Notes: generated from the letters alone by a model not told the origin. Positions 8,556 through 21,277 are shown, numbered from the stretch's first letter. The stretch: DNA of 42,181 bases from Spirochaetia bacterium (GCA_049515615.1 JBEKTX010000002.1:1-42181); one strand, 5' to 3'. Numbers and translations are program-made.

Positions 8556-9587
8556 CTACCGCTGAACCCTGCCTGAACCCGAGCCGCCCATGAGTGCCTT
8601 CACCTCGGGAACGCTGAGCAGGGGAAGGTCCCCCGGAATCGAATGCTTCAGGCAGGAGGCGGCGACCGCGAACTCCAGCGCGTCGGCGGGACCGGGGAAG
8701 TTTCCAAGGCCATAGATCAACCCCGCGGCAAACGCGTCACCGGACCCGACTCGATCCACGATGTCGCGGATCTCGTACTTTCGGGAAACGAAGAAATCCT
8801 TTCCGTCATGAAAAACAGCCGACCATCCGTTGTCGTCCGCGGACCTGCTCTCCCGCAGCGTGATGGCGATACGGCTCACCGAGGGATGCGCCGAAAGGAC
8901 TTTCTCCGCCAGCGCCCGGTACTGGACAGGGTCCAGCGCCCCGGATTCGATCTCGACGCTCGCGGTGATACCCAGCGCGTTCTGACAGTCTTCCTCGTTC
9001 GCCATGATGAGGTCGACGTGCCGCACGATCTCTCCCATCACCTCGGCCGCGCCCGTGCCGTATTTCCACAGATTCTTGCGGTAATTCAGGTCGCAGGAGA
9101 CGGTGAGACCCTTCTCTTTCGCGCGTCGTACGGCCTCCAGCGAGAGCTCCGCGGCGGACCGGGATAGGGCCGGGGTGATGCCGGTGATGTGAAACCACTC
9201 CGCCCCGGAAAAGCTCACGTCCCAGTCGATATCCCCGCGATGCGCCTCCGCAATCGCGGCTCCCGCGCGGTCGTAGACAACCACTGAGGGCCTCTGGCCC
9301 GCCCCCGCCTCGAGGAAGTAGATGCCCAGCCTGCCGCCCTTGCGCACGATGAGCGATGTGTCGATTCCCTGTCGGCGCAGCTCCCCGATGCACGCATCCC
9401 CTATCGCGTTCGGCGGGATCACCGACACGAACGCCGCGTCGCACCCGAACCGGGCGAGCGCCGCGGTCACGTTCGCTTCCCCTCCCCCGAAAGTCGCCTC
9501 GAAAATCGGGCTCTGAAAGAATCGCTGCGCTCCCGGCGGCTTCAGCCGCAGCATGATCTCGCCGAACGTGACGATCCGTCCGCTCAT
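8556..9587 (-). CDS. kdgK: 2-dehydro-3-deoxygluconokinase-type PfkB sugar kinase
   Basis: [15 protein letters not shown] and [16 protein letters not shown] PfkB motifs. The true start is ATG 9587 ([13 protein letters not shown]), overlapping the upstream stop as ATGA. The 194-codon N-terminal extension in the track is Arg/Gly-rich junk overlapping the dehydrogenase gene. Confidence 0.85.
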   Translation of the reverse strand: MSGRIVTFGEIMLRLKPPGAQRFFQSPIFEATFGGGEANVTAALARFGCDAAFVSVIPPNAIGDACIGELRRQGIDTSLIVRKGGRLGIYFLEAGAGQRPSVVVYDRAGAAIAEAHRGDIDWDVSFSGAEWFHITGITPALSRSAAELSLEAVRRAKEKGLTVSCDLNYRKNLWKYGTGAAEVMGEIVRHVDLIMANEEDCQNALGITASVEIESGALDPVQYRALAEKVLSAHPSVSRIAITLRESRSADDNGWSAVFHDGKDFFVSRKYEIRDIVDRVGSGDAFAAGLIYGLGNFPGPADALEFAVAASCLKHSIPGDLPLLSVPEVKALMGGSGSGRVQR

Positions 9588-10561
9588 GCACTGATCTCCA
9601 CATTGTTCACCGGGTACGGCGGTGTGCCCCCGGCGAGGACGGCCGCGGCATTGCGCGCGGCCTTGGTCTTCAGCTCCACGACGGATTCCTCGCTGTACCA
9701 GCCTGCATGGTCCGTGAAGATCACGTTGTCGAGCTGCCGGAGCGGGCTGTCGCGCGGCAGGGGCTCCTCTTCGAATACGTCCAGCCCCGCCCCGCCGAGT
9801 TTCCCGTCCCTCAGCGCTTCGGCGACGGCGTGCTCGTCGAGGACCGGTCCCCGCGCCGTGTTCACCAGGATCGCACCGGGCTTCACCCGGGCGAGCTCCG
9901 CGCGCCCGATCATGTGCCGCGTCTCGGAGGTGAGCGGCACGTGCACGGAGATGTAGTCCGATTCGGCGAGCAGGACGTGCAGGTCGACCGGAACCGCGCC
10001 GGCTGCCTTCACCGTCGAGGCACGGACGTAGGGATCGCACATGATGACCCGGCCGAACCCGAGTCCCGAGACCTTGCGGAGCATGGTGTGCGCCACGTTT
10101 CCGTACCCGAGGATGCCGAGCGTCCGTCCTTCCACGCGATAGCAGGGCTGATCCCTGTGGAGATTCCACTTTCCCTGCCGGATCATCCGGTCCTTGTAGC
10201 CGATCTTACGGATGCAGCACAGGAGCAGGGCAAGGGCGTGGTCGGCCACCTCTTCGAAGCAGTAGTCGGGAACGAAGGTCACCCAGATGCCCCGACGCGT
10301 CGCGGCATCCACCGCCACGTTGTCGTAGCCGACGCCGTAGCGGGAGATGACCCGGCATTTCGCAAGCCCTTCGATGATCTCAGCAGTCATGGGAAAGAGG
10401 TTCACCAGGATGGCATCCGCATCGGCGAAGGCGGTGCGCGCCTCCGATGGGGAGGAAGAGGAGAAGACCCGCACCTCCGCGTCCAGTTCCGCGAGGACGG
10501 CTTTCTCCTCGTCGTACGCCGCATAGCGGTCGTCGGCGATGACGACGGTGAACCTGCTCAT
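9584..10561 (-). CDS. D-isomer-specific 2-hydroxyacid dehydrogenase (CtBP/glyoxylate reductase-like)
   Basis: NAD-binding [10 protein letters not shown], plus catalytic-region motifs (VNTARG, FTDHAGW). ATGA overlaps with both neighbouring genes. Confidence 0.85.
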   Translation of the reverse strand: MSRFTVVIADDRYAAYDEEKAVLAELDAEVRVFSSSSPSEARTAFADADAILVNLFPMTAEIIEGLAKCRVISRYGVGYDNVAVDAATRRGIWVTFVPDYCFEEVADHALALLLCCIRKIGYKDRMIRQGKWNLHRDQPCYRVEGRTLGILGYGNVAHTMLRKVSGLGFGRVIMCDPYVRASTVKAAGAVPVDLHVLLAESDYISVHVPLTSETRHMIGRAELARVKPGAILVNTARGPVLDEHAVAEALRDGKLGGAGLDVFEEEPLPRDSPLRQLDNVIFTDHAGWYSEESVVELKTKAARNAAAVLAGGTPPYPVNNVEISA

Positions 10562-11724
10562 TCCTCCTCCTCCGCCTTCTCTCCTCCTTCTTCGAAGACG
10601 ACGTCACCCTCGGCCACAACCTTAATGGGGTAGCGGGTGACGTCGAAGGGGTCGCCATTCCAGCAGGAGAAGGAGGCCCATTTCCCCCTGCCCAGCGTCC
10701 CGAGGAAGCCGTCGATGCCGAGGACCTGGGCATTCCTGCGCGTGATGATCTCGATGGCGTCCTGCCTGTTGAGGCCGCACCTGATGAACCAGCGCAGCTC
10801 GAGAAGGAGGTTTCGCTGGGGAATCACCGGGTGGTCCGTCATGAGCCCGAAATCGACCCCGCTCTGGAGGAGGTGGCGCACGTTGCGCCAGTTTTCATGC
10901 CGCAGCTCCACTTTGTATGCGAAGGCGTCCAGCGGGCCGAAGACGACCGGAACGCCCCGGTCCTTCAGGGCAGCGTAGATGCGGCCGTCGTTCACGTCGC
11001 ATGCGTGGTCCACGGTCACATGGATTCCGTACTCCTCCTGCAGGCGAAGGAGACAGGCGATGTCGTCGATCTTGTGCACGTGGACGCGCAGCGTCTGCCT
11101 GCCTTGAAGGATGTCGCGAACAACCTCCTCCTCTGCCGTGAGGGCGGAGTCCGTCCCCTTTTTCGCCCCCTTCACGGGCTTTATGAGCTTTGACTTCACC
11201 TGGGCAAGCCTCGCGCGCAGCAGCGAGAGCGCCCCCATGCGCGTGAACGGCCGCGTGCCCTTCCAGTCCCGTGTGGACATGGGGTTGTAGCCGAATGCGG
11301 CCTTGATGCCGGATCGGGCGATCAGTGCCTCCGTCGTGGTGCGGGCATAGTTGCGGATGATGGCGGACTTCCCGCCAATGATGTTCCCGCTCCCGGGAAG
11401 GACGCAGGAATACAGCACGCCGAGCTCCACCGAATCCCGGAACGCCGTATCGTCCATCTGCACCGAATCCAGCGCGTCGGCGAGGAAGAGCAGCGACTCC
11501 ATGTGCTCGTTGGCCTCCCCCTCGGAACCCGGTTCACCCGAGCGCTCCATCCCGATGTGGCAGTGCGCGTCGATGAAGGCGGGGGTGACGACGGGGAACC
11601 TCCCGATGAGCTCTCCCCTGGGTTCCATGGAGGTGCCCTTCACGACGCTCCCCTCGAACAGCAGGTGAACATTCCGCAGCACTTCATCGCCTGTATAGAG
11701 GGTTTCGGCGAAAAGGGATTTCAC
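10558..11724 (-). CDS. metal-dependent amidohydrolase family protein
   Basis: PAFIDAHCHIG metal-binding motif and an HVHKIDD / DHACD region. GTG start at 11724 is preceded by GGAGAAGGAGA. The track ORF extension to 12513 overlaps the divergent gene and has no amidohydrolase-like sequence. Confidence 0.8.
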   Translation of the reverse strand: MKSLFAETLYTGDEVLRNVHLLFEGSVVKGTSMEPRGELIGRFPVVTPAFIDAHCHIGMERSGEPGSEGEANEHMESLLFLADALDSVQMDDTAFRDSVELGVLYSCVLPGSGNIIGGKSAIIRNYARTTTEALIARSGIKAAFGYNPMSTRDWKGTRPFTRMGALSLLRARLAQVKSKLIKPVKGAKKGTDSALTAEEEVVRDILQGRQTLRVHVHKIDDIACLLRLQEEYGIHVTVDHACDVNDGRIYAALKDRGVPVVFGPLDAFAYKVELRHENWRNVRHLLQSGVDFGLMTDHPVIPQRNLLLELRWFIRCGLNRQDAIEIITRRNAQVLGIDGFLGTLGRGKWASFSCWNGDPFDVTRYPIKVVAEGDVVFEEGGEKAEEEE

Positions 11725-11820
11725 GGCGCTGTCTCCTTCTCCGGGCGCAAGTATAGCGGATCGCCCCTGTTTGACCAAGACAGACCCCTCTGGTACAACC
11801 ACCACAGGTGAGGAGGCACG

Positions 11821-12957
11821 ATGCGCGGGAGCGTGACGGTCGAGGTGGTCGAGTCTTCCCGTGGTTCCGCGGGAAGGCAATTCGTGGATTTTCCCCACCA
11901 GCTCTATCGCGGGAGCAGCCAATGGGTCCCGCAGTTCCGCCGCGACATCCGCATCATCCTCGACCGGAAGCATCCGTCCTTCGAACGCTGCGATGCACGA
12001 TTCTTCCTCGCGCGCCGGGACGGCAGGCCGGTCGGGACGATCGGCGCGATAGTCAATGCCGCCTACAACGAGTACCACCATTCGCGGGTCGGACACTTCC
12101 ATTTCTTCGACTGCGTCGATGACCGCGAGGTATCGCATGCATTGTTCACCAGCGCCTTCGAGTGGCTCCGCGGCAAAGGAATGGAAAAGGTGATCGGACC
12201 CTACGGTTTCGGGTTCATGGGCATGGGCGCCCTGGTCGAGGGATTCGAGCGCCGCGCGGTCATGACGATGATGGCCTACAACGGGCCGTGGTACGGACCG
12301 GCCATCGCGGCGGAAGGTTTCGTCAAGCTCCGTGACCAGCTGTCGATGTTCCTCGAGGCCGCCGATTTCCGCCTTCCAGAAAAGGTCAGGCGTGTCGCGG
12401 AGATCGCCTTGAAGCGCGGCAGCTTCGAGGTGCCGGAGTACAAGACCAAACGGGAGCTCATCAAGCGCGCCCCGGCCATCGGGCACATCTACAACCAGAC
12501 CTTTTCGGCGCACGGAGACGAGTTCTACCCCCTCAGTGAGAAGGAGATCAGGCAGATTACGAGCGACCTTGCCACCGTGGCGGACCCTTCGCTCATCAAG
12601 CTCCTGGTGCGCAAGGGTGAGATCGTCGGATTCCTGCTCGGATTCCCGGATCTTTCCGCGGCGCTCCAGCGCGGGCGCGGCCGGATAACCCCCTGGGGTA
12701 TCGTCGACCTCCTGCTCGAATACGGCCGGACGCGATGGCTCATCGTCAACGGAGCGGCAATCCTTCCCCAGTACCAGAGGCTCGGGGGAAACGCGCTCCT
12801 CTATTACATGCTGGAGAAGATCGCCTCACGCAACAAGCGTTTCCTCTACGTGGATGCCGTTCAGATCGCGGAAACCACCGAGCTCATGCTGGCAGACATG
12901 GGTACCCTTGGAGGGAAGGTCTACAAGGTCCATCGAATCTTTGAGCGCCCCTTGTAG
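11821..12957 (+). CDS. GNAT-fold-like protein of an uncharacterised ~380-aa family
   Basis: The pattern FVDFPHQLY..S.QWVPQ...D......HP.F..CDARFFLARRDGRPVGTIGAI..AYNEYH...VGHFHFF resembles a widespread uncharacterised acyl-CoA N-acyltransferase-like family. This is recognised from memory only. Confidence 0.5.
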   Translation: MRGSVTVEVVESSRGSAGRQFVDFPHQLYRGSSQWVPQFRRDIRIILDRKHPSFERCDARFFLARRDGRPVGTIGAIVNAAYNEYHHSRVGHFHFFDCVDDREVSHALFTSAFEWLRGKGMEKVIGPYGFGFMGMGALVEGFERRAVMTMMAYNGPWYGPAIAAEGFVKLRDQLSMFLEAADFRLPEKVRRVAEIALKRGSFEVPEYKTKRELIKRAPAIGHIYNQTFSAHGDEFYPLSEKEIRQITSDLATVADPSLIKLLVRKGEIVGFLLGFPDLSAALQRGRGRITPWGIVDLLLEYGRTRWLIVNGAAILPQYQRLGGNALLYYMLEKIASRNKRFLYVDAVQIAETTELMLADMGTLGGKVYKVHRIFERPL

Positions 12958-13044
12958 ATCAGGCAGTGACGTAATGCCGACAGCCGTCACTTTCAGATGA
13001 TCGTTGACAGTTTTCTCTTGTTCCTGTCAAAATGTATATTTGAT

Positions 13045-14001
13045 ATGTCGGATCCCGTAGTGCTCAACAACAGCAAGTTCACTCCCCTCATTCACAGGAT
13101 GATCGCGAACTCAACGGGCACGCCCGTGGTCACCGAGGAGAATGTCTTCCAGCCCGGCCGCCCGGCGAACAAGCCTTTCCTGAAGCAGATAATGGAAGAC
13201 CTCCTGCTCCCCGGCAGCCGGATCGTCGGCAAGGAGAACCTCCTGGCCCTCCACCAGCTGGCCCGGAGGAAGAAGCACTGCCTGGTGCTGATGGAGCACT
13301 ACAGCAATTTCGATATTCCCTGCTTCTACGAGCTCCTGGAACGCTCGGGTGAGTCCTACCGTGAGGTGGCAGACGCCATTGTCTCGGTGGCCGGGGTGAA
13401 GCTGAACGAAGAGAGCAAGCTGGTCCTGGCGTTTACGGAGGTCTTCACGAGGGTGGTCCTCTACCCTTCGCGGGGGCTGGAAGCGATCACGGACGCGCGG
13501 GAGCGGCATGCCGCTGAGAAGCGCCGCGCCCGTCTGAACATCGCGGCAATGAAGATGCTCAACTCGCTGAGGAAGGAGGGCCGGCTCATCCTCGTGTTCC
13601 CCTCCGGCACGCGCTACCGGCCCTGGGATCCTTCAACCGCGCGGGGACTCAAGGAAATAGACACCTACCTGAAGTTCTATTCGCACATGGTCCTCATCTC
13701 GATCAATGGCAACACCCTGGTCCCGAATCCCGCGGGCGGAATGGACGAGGACTATCCGACCAAAGACCTCATGATCTACACGGTGAGCCCCGTGCGACGC
13801 TGCTCCGAGTTCCGCCGCCAGGCGCTGAAGAACCGTGATCACGATGAGGAACGCAAGCAGCACGTGGCCGACAGCGTCATGGCGGCCCTCCGGGGGCTCC
13901 ACGACCGCACCGAAAAGGCCCGGCTGAGGCTTCTCGCGGACCTCGGCGTCCCCGCGGAACCGGCTCGAGCTCGTCCGGGATCGATCCTCCCCGCAGGCTG
14001 A
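13045..14001 (+). CDS. PlsC-type phospholipid/glycerol acyltransferase family protein
   Basis: HX4D motif (EHYSNFD) and FPSGTRYR motif. ATG 13045 follows a TTGACA(13004-13009)-17 nt-CAAAAT-like promoter. The track start at 12997 lies upstream of that promoter. Confidence 0.7.
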   Translation: MSDPVVLNNSKFTPLIHRMIANSTGTPVVTEENVFQPGRPANKPFLKQIMEDLLLPGSRIVGKENLLALHQLARRKKHCLVLMEHYSNFDIPCFYELLERSGESYREVADAIVSVAGVKLNEESKLVLAFTEVFTRVVLYPSRGLEAITDARERHAAEKRRARLNIAAMKMLNSLRKEGRLILVFPSGTRYRPWDPSTARGLKEIDTYLKFYSHMVLISINGNTLVPNPAGGMDEDYPTKDLMIYTVSPVRRCSEFRRQALKNRDHDEERKQHVADSVMAALRGLHDRTEKARLRLLADLGVPAEPARARPGSILPAG

Positions 14002-14831
14002 GATGCGCGGCACCCCGGCCGGATCGGCGGGTCCCGTCCCCGTGCGGGATCTTCCTGCCGGGCTCTGCCGCCGGCTTTCTCATTTCTTCACCGACATCGA
14101 TGACACGCTGACCTCCAATGGCATGATTCCCGCTGCTTCGTACGCGGCCCTCTGGGACCTTGCCTCGGCGGGGATCCGTGTGGTGACCGTGACCGGAAGG
14201 CCCGCAGGGTGGTGCGATCATATCGCGCGCATGTGGCCCGTCGCGGGCGTCGTGGGGGAAAACGGGGCGTTCTACTATGCATACGATCATGCGCGCAAAC
14301 GCATGAACCGCGGACTCTCCGACCCCGGCCTGGGCGATCCCGCGCGGCACGAAGCGCTGGGAGCGATCGCCCGCAGGGTGCTGGAGGAGGTGCCGGGCAC
14401 CGCGTTGGCCGCCGACCAGGCCTTCCGCCTGAGCGACTTCGCCATCGATTATTGCGAGGACGTGCCTCCCCTGCCCCCGGAGCGACTTGACGACATCTGC
14501 CGCATCCTCGAAGAAGCGGGCGTGCAGTTCAAGGTCTCCAGCATCCACGTGAACTTCTGGATGGGGCGCTTCGACAAGATGTCGGGCGTGCGCCGATTCC
14601 TCTCGGAGGAGGAAGGCTCCTCGCTCCAGTCTGTCGAGGACACGGCGGTCTTCATCGGCGATTCACCGAACGACGAGCCGCTTTTCGCGCTCTTCCCGCA
14701 CTCAGTGGCCGTGGGCAACCTGCGGCGATTCCTGCCACGGCTTTCGAGCCTGCCGGAGTACATCACGCAGGCCGATTCGGCCGAGGGGTTCCAGGAAGCC
14801 GTAAGGGTGATCCTCGCGAAAAGGATGGCGC

Positions 14832-17233
<2,402 letters not shown>

Positions 17234-17282
17234 AGCAGGGGCTGCGACGGCTCTGGGAAATATCGCGGAGAGGGATGGCTGC

Positions 17283-17558
17283 CTAGCTTCCCCCCGACTG
17301 CAGGAGACTGCCTAACGCGCCCCCCGCGACGTTGAGGCCGATGATCGCGGCGATTCCCACGATCCAGAGAAGGACGGCGAAGATCTTCAGACAGACGGAC
17401 AGGACTCTCAGCATCATGTAGGGGCTTCCGTTCTCCGGGTTCCTGCGCGTATTCATGGCGATCTCGCGCCAGGCAAGGGGCGTATCGGAGGACGCCCAGA
17501 CGATGATCCCGAGGAGCACGAAAACGATAAAGAGGAACTGGGACGCCAGAAAAATCAT
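17283..17558 (-). CDS. small hydrophobic membrane protein, unknown function (91 aa)
   Basis: Two clear hydrophobic spans (FLASQFLFIVFVLLGIIVW; IFAVLLWIVGIAAIIGLNV). GGAGGTGAAAGA RBS immediately upstream of ATG 17558. Confidence 0.5.
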   Translation of the reverse strand: MIFLASQFLFIVFVLLGIIVWASSDTPLAWREIAMNTRRNPENGSPYMMLRVLSVCLKIFAVLLWIVGIAAIIGLNVAGGALGSLLQSGGS

Positions 17559-17670
17559 TCTTTCACCTCCGCGATGGTCTGACGATTCAAAGTCTATTGT
17601 CCGGGGGGCCGCTGTCAAGGGAAAAACGCAACGGCGCAATCGCGCTGGTCTTCACCGAGGTGTTTCTTCC

Positions 17671-17853
17671 ATGGTAATCTATGCCGATATTAGAGCAGGG
17701 AGGGGAAGGACGGAAGTGATTTATCTCATCTATAAAGACGGAGAGATCCTCGTAGAAACCGACGACCTGGAGTACGTCAGGACTTACATGAACAAGAACC
17801 ATGAATGCTCGGTGCGGGACGCCCGCACGGGAAAGAAAATCGCGCTGGAATAG
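17671..17853 (+). CDS. possible 60-aa hypothetical protein
   Basis: ATG 17671 lies 8 nt after GAGGTG. It is divergent from the membrane-protein gene, has a lower local G+C, and no recognisable motif. Confidence 0.3.
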   Translation: MVIYADIRAGRGRTEVIYLIYKDGEILVETDDLEYVRTYMNKNHECSVRDARTGKKIALE

Positions 17854-17861
17854 GGTCTTTC

Positions 17862-18569
17862 TCAGAATTGGCGGATCTCGATTGCACCGTCAGAGTGACC
17901 GACGACAAGCTGGGGCGTTTTCTTCGTAAAGAGCCCGTTTTCCAGCACGCCGGGAATCAGTTTTATCTCTTCCTCCATTTTCCGCGGCTCAAAAGAATCG
18001 CGGAACGTCACATCCAGGAGAAGGTTGCCGAGGTCCGTCACCACGGGTCCCGATTTCCGCATCGCCTTCCGGAGGCTCACCTCGCCGCCCATTTCGCGGA
18101 GCCTTCTGCTCACCGGAGTCAGGGCATCGGCCACGACCTCGACGGGGACGGCGAAACGTGCGCAGAGTCGCGGGCTCAGCTTCATCTGTTCAACGATGAT
18201 CACCAGCGTTCGGGACGCATAGGCAACGATCTTTTCCTTGAGCAGTGCGCCGCCCCCGCCCTTGATCATGTTCCCCGCGGGGTCGACCTCGTCGGCCCCA
18301 TCGATAGCGAGGTCGAGGCTCGAATCGAGGACCGCGTCGTTCAGCGTGAACACGGGGATGCCGAGGGCGCGCGCCTCGAGCTCGGTCTGCAGGCTCGTCA
18401 CAACCGCCCGTATGTCCCGCAGGCTGCCCTCGGACAACCGGGCCGCCACGCGGCGCACGGCCCAGATCGCCGTGGAGCCGGTCCCGAGACCGAGACTCAT
18501 TCCGTCCCGCACGAAGCGGTCCGCCGCGTACGTCCCCAACGCCTTTTTCACCTCGGAAAATTCCAACAT
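17862..18569 (-). CDS. rpiA: ribose-5-phosphate isomerase A
   Basis: LGLGTGSTA, DLAIDGADEVD and KGGGGALLKEK motifs. Start at ATG 18569 (MLEFSEVKK). The track extension to 18773 is not RpiA-like. Confidence 0.9.
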   Translation of the reverse strand: MLEFSEVKKALGTYAADRFVRDGMSLGLGTGSTAIWAVRRVAARLSEGSLRDIRAVVTSLQTELEARALGIPVFTLNDAVLDSSLDLAIDGADEVDPAGNMIKGGGGALLKEKIVAYASRTLVIIVEQMKLSPRLCARFAVPVEVVADALTPVSRRLREMGGEVSLRKAMRKSGPVVTDLGNLLLDVTFRDSFEPRKMEEEIKLIPGVLENGLFTKKTPQLVVGHSDGAIEIRQF

Positions 18570-18583
18570 GCCCCGCCTTCCGT

Positions 18584-19786
18584 TTGCAGAGATGCAATGC
18601 AACGTATACAATGAAGCCGGGCGAGCGTACAGTGCAGGAGCAGTCCATCCTTTCACAGATCTCCTTTCCCGAATTCCTCGACCAGGTCCAGGACGGCCTG
18701 TATATCGTGGATACCCGGCGCACGATCGTGTACTGGAACAAGGCTGCCGAAGAGTTGACGGGATTCTCCTCAAGCGTGGTCGTGGGACGGAGCTGCCTGG
18801 ACCCGGACCTCCTGGACCACCGCACGGTGCTCGGGGACAGCCTCTGCGGCGAGGAGACGAGCCCCGTGGTCCGTTGCATGACGAGCGGAACCGGGGGGAC
18901 CGTCCCCCACATCATCGTGGCCAACACCGCGTCCGGCAGGCCGCTGCCCATTTCCCTCAGCGTGGGGCCCCTTCTTGGGCGCGACGGAAAGATCGCCGGG
19001 GCCATCGCGTTGTTCCGCGGCATGCGTGACGAATACCAGCAGAGGAAGCTCGCCGTGGAAATCCAGAAACACACCATCACCCCGCGCGGATTCACCCGCA
19101 ACGGCGTGCGGGTGGACACCCTGTTCGTGCCCGTGGACGAGATAGGCGGCGATTTCCTGGAGGCGTTTTTCCTCGACGAGCATACCCTGATCGCGACCCT
19201 CGCGGATGCCACCGGGCATGGGATCTCGGCCTCACTGTTCACGATGGTATACAAGACCCTCCTCCATGGCTCTTTCGCCCTTCATCGGGACCCCGGCAGG
19301 GTCCTCGAGCAGGTGAACAAGGATTTTCTCGAGAGCGCGGGGATCGACGGGTACTACATCGGGGCCTGCGTGGTGAGCTACGACACCACAACCTGCCGGG
19401 GACGTTATGCCGCTGCCGGTCATCCGCGCGGCCTCATTTTCCAGAGCGAAGGCACGGGCCACCGGCTTCGGGAGCACCTCGGCGTGCAGTCGCCGATGCT
19501 CGGGATGAACGAGGCGTCCCGTTTCCACGAAATAGAGTTCCAGCTCGGGAAGGGCGAGTTCCTTCTCCTCACCTCAGATGGGATCATCGAGTCGCCCTGC
19601 GGCGGCGGAACCCAGTTCGGCATCTCCGGTATTTCCGACTTCTTCGCGGGGTATTCGGGCAGCACCCCGCTCACGGCGCTGCTGGAAGAGGTCCGGAGAC
19701 GCAGCGCGGCCTCGTCGGCGGTCGACGACGTGAGCGCCGTGCTGCTCGCCCAAGCGCTTGCCCTCGGGGAGGGATTTCCTCTATAG
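18584..19786 (+). CDS. PAS-domain sensor fused to a PP2C/SpoIIE-type serine phosphatase (RsbU-like)
   Basis: PAS region (GLYIVDTRRTIVYWNKAAEELTGF) followed by a SpoIIE-type region (GGDFLEAF...LADATGHGISASL...TSDGIIE). The start could also be ATG 18611. Confidence 0.8.
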   Translation: MQRCNATYTMKPGERTVQEQSILSQISFPEFLDQVQDGLYIVDTRRTIVYWNKAAEELTGFSSSVVVGRSCLDPDLLDHRTVLGDSLCGEETSPVVRCMTSGTGGTVPHIIVANTASGRPLPISLSVGPLLGRDGKIAGAIALFRGMRDEYQQRKLAVEIQKHTITPRGFTRNGVRVDTLFVPVDEIGGDFLEAFFLDEHTLIATLADATGHGISASLFTMVYKTLLHGSFALHRDPGRVLEQVNKDFLESAGIDGYYIGACVVSYDTTTCRGRYAAAGHPRGLIFQSEGTGHRLREHLGVQSPMLGMNEASRFHEIEFQLGKGEFLLLTSDGIIESPCGGGTQFGISGISDFFAGYSGSTPLTALLEEVRRRSAASSAVDDVSAVLLAQALALGEGFPL

Positions 19787-19851
19787 TCCAACCCGCCATG
19801 CCGTGTAAATGCGCTGTCCGGAATGCCCGCCTCGAGCCGATATTCAAGGGG

Positions 19852-20502
19852 ATGAAAAGGCTCGTTCCCTTCATTCTCCTGCTCATTGCCGCCGTTCTCG
19901 GCGCCGAACCGGGGCTGGAAGGATTCGCCTCGTGGTACGGCGGAAAGTTTCACGGCCGTCTTACCTCCAGCGGTGAGGTGTTCGACACCAACGACATGAC
20001 CGCCGCGCACCGCACACTCCCGTTCGGCACCATGGTGAAAGTCACGAACCTCGACAACGGCAAGTTCGCCGTTGTGAAGATCAATGACCGGGGCCCCTTC
20101 GTGGAGGGCCGGATCATCGACCTGTCCCGGGCGGCGGCCGAAGAGATCGACATGCTCGGCCAGGGCGTGGCGCGCGTGTCCCTTGACATCGTGGCGTTCG
20201 CAACGGACAAGGATGTCTATGCAATCCAGGTCGGCGCGTTCGGGATGGACAAGAACGCGGAAAAAGCGCGTCTTGCGCTGGAGGCGGCCGGGTTCGTCGT
20301 CACGATCGAAAAGACCGGCTTGAGCGTGGCGCGCGTTCTCGTCAGGGGCATTCCCGCCACCTCGCTCTCTGACACGCGCAGGAAGCTTGAGGACCTCGGC
20401 TTTGCCCAGTATTTTTTGAAGAAAGAGCGGACCGAATCCCCGCGAAACTCGGAGCGGAACATGGTCCTGCCGGTTGCCCAGTCGGCCCCCGCAATGCCAT
20501 GA
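19852..20502 (+). CDS. rlpA: RlpA-like lytic transglycosylase (DPBB domain) with C-terminal SPOR domain
   Basis: Signal peptide MKRLVPFILLLIAAVLG. DPBB region ASWYGGKFHGRLTSSGEVFD...AAHRTLPFGT.VKVTN...VVKINDRGPF. SPOR-like region YAIQVGAF...NAEKA. Confidence 0.85.
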   Translation: MKRLVPFILLLIAAVLGAEPGLEGFASWYGGKFHGRLTSSGEVFDTNDMTAAHRTLPFGTMVKVTNLDNGKFAVVKINDRGPFVEGRIIDLSRAAAEEIDMLGQGVARVSLDIVAFATDKDVYAIQVGAFGMDKNAEKARLALEAAGFVVTIEKTGLSVARVLVRGIPATSLSDTRRKLEDLGFAQYFLKKERTESPRNSERNMVLPVAQSAPAMP

Positions 20503-20521
20503 TGCGCGCTGCCCGGCCGCG

Positions 20522-21049
20522 ATGAAGTTCTCCCAGCGATTCGTCGGGTGGGTGCTCGTGGCCCTCGGCGCCGTCAGCCTGTTCGTCGGCGCCAGCCCGA
20601 TCTTCCCCGTCTGGATCGAGGCTTTCGTTCTCGGGGGAGCTTTCTTCGCCGCCGGGGCATGGATCCTGGCAGGAAAGGAATTGCGGGATACGATCCGCCG
20701 GGGGCTCCGGGCATGGCGCGAAACGCGAAAAACCCGCGAGGTGCAGAGATACCCATTTCGCCAGACGGGCACATCGCGTCGCGTGCCGCAGAGGCCATCC
20801 GTATCGGCTGTGCTCAAGGACCCGCTCCTGCCGGTCCGCATCCTGAAGCTCGCGCGTCAGGAGCACGGATCCCTTTCCGTTGCAGAGGTGGCCATGGAGC
20901 TGAATGTGCCGCTGGAGCAGGCGCAGGCCGGCCTCGACGAATGCGTGCGCGCCGGTAATGCCCTTCCTGACTACGACATTCTTCGAGGGCTTGCCGTGTA
21001 CAAGTTCCCCGAGTTCGTGGAGCCCGATCCGCACAGCCCCTCGGGGTGA
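20522..21049 (+). CDS. hypothetical membrane-anchored protein
   Basis: Two N-terminal hydrophobic spans. The C-terminal approximately 70 aa looks winged-helix-like (SLSVAEVAMELNVPLEQAQAGLDECV). No family recognised. Confidence 0.45.
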   Translation: MKFSQRFVGWVLVALGAVSLFVGASPIFPVWIEAFVLGGAFFAAGAWILAGKELRDTIRRGLRAWRETRKTREVQRYPFRQTGTSRRVPQRPSVSAVLKDPLLPVRILKLARQEHGSLSVAEVAMELNVPLEQAQAGLDECVRAGNALPDYDILRGLAVYKFPEFVEPDPHSPSG

Positions 21050-21060
21050 CTCACCCTGAG

Positions 21061-21089
21061 TTGACAGCACCCTCCGCCGCCGCTAAGAT
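21061..21089 (+). promoter_or_regulatory. near-consensus promoter for the tRNA gene
   Basis: TTGACA (21061-21066), 17-nt spacer, TAAGAT (21084-21089), 18 nt upstream of the tRNA 5' end. Confidence 0.5.
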
Positions 21090-21106
21090 CGTTTTTCGAA
21101 GTCCCC

Positions 21107-21180
<74 letters not shown>

Positions 21181-21277
21181 ATTGTAATTTCAAACTGCAT
21201 AAAAAGTTGCATCATTGATCGCCGGGAGATCGCGCGCGCAGTGAGATACAAAATGTGAGAAACTGTTGCGGGGAGCG

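Noticed and set aside
9588-10169. 194-codon N-terminal extension of the kdgK ORF in the track (537 aa).
   Set aside because: It fully overlaps the 2-hydroxyacid dehydrogenase gene in another frame and is Arg-rich junk. The PfkB homology starts exactly at ATG 9587, which forms an ATGA overlap with the upstream stop.
11725-12513. N-terminal extension of the amidohydrolase ORF (651 aa in the track).
   Set aside because: It overlaps the divergent GNAT-like gene and the intergenic promoter region. Amidohydrolase-like sequence begins at GTG 11724, which has a strong RBS.
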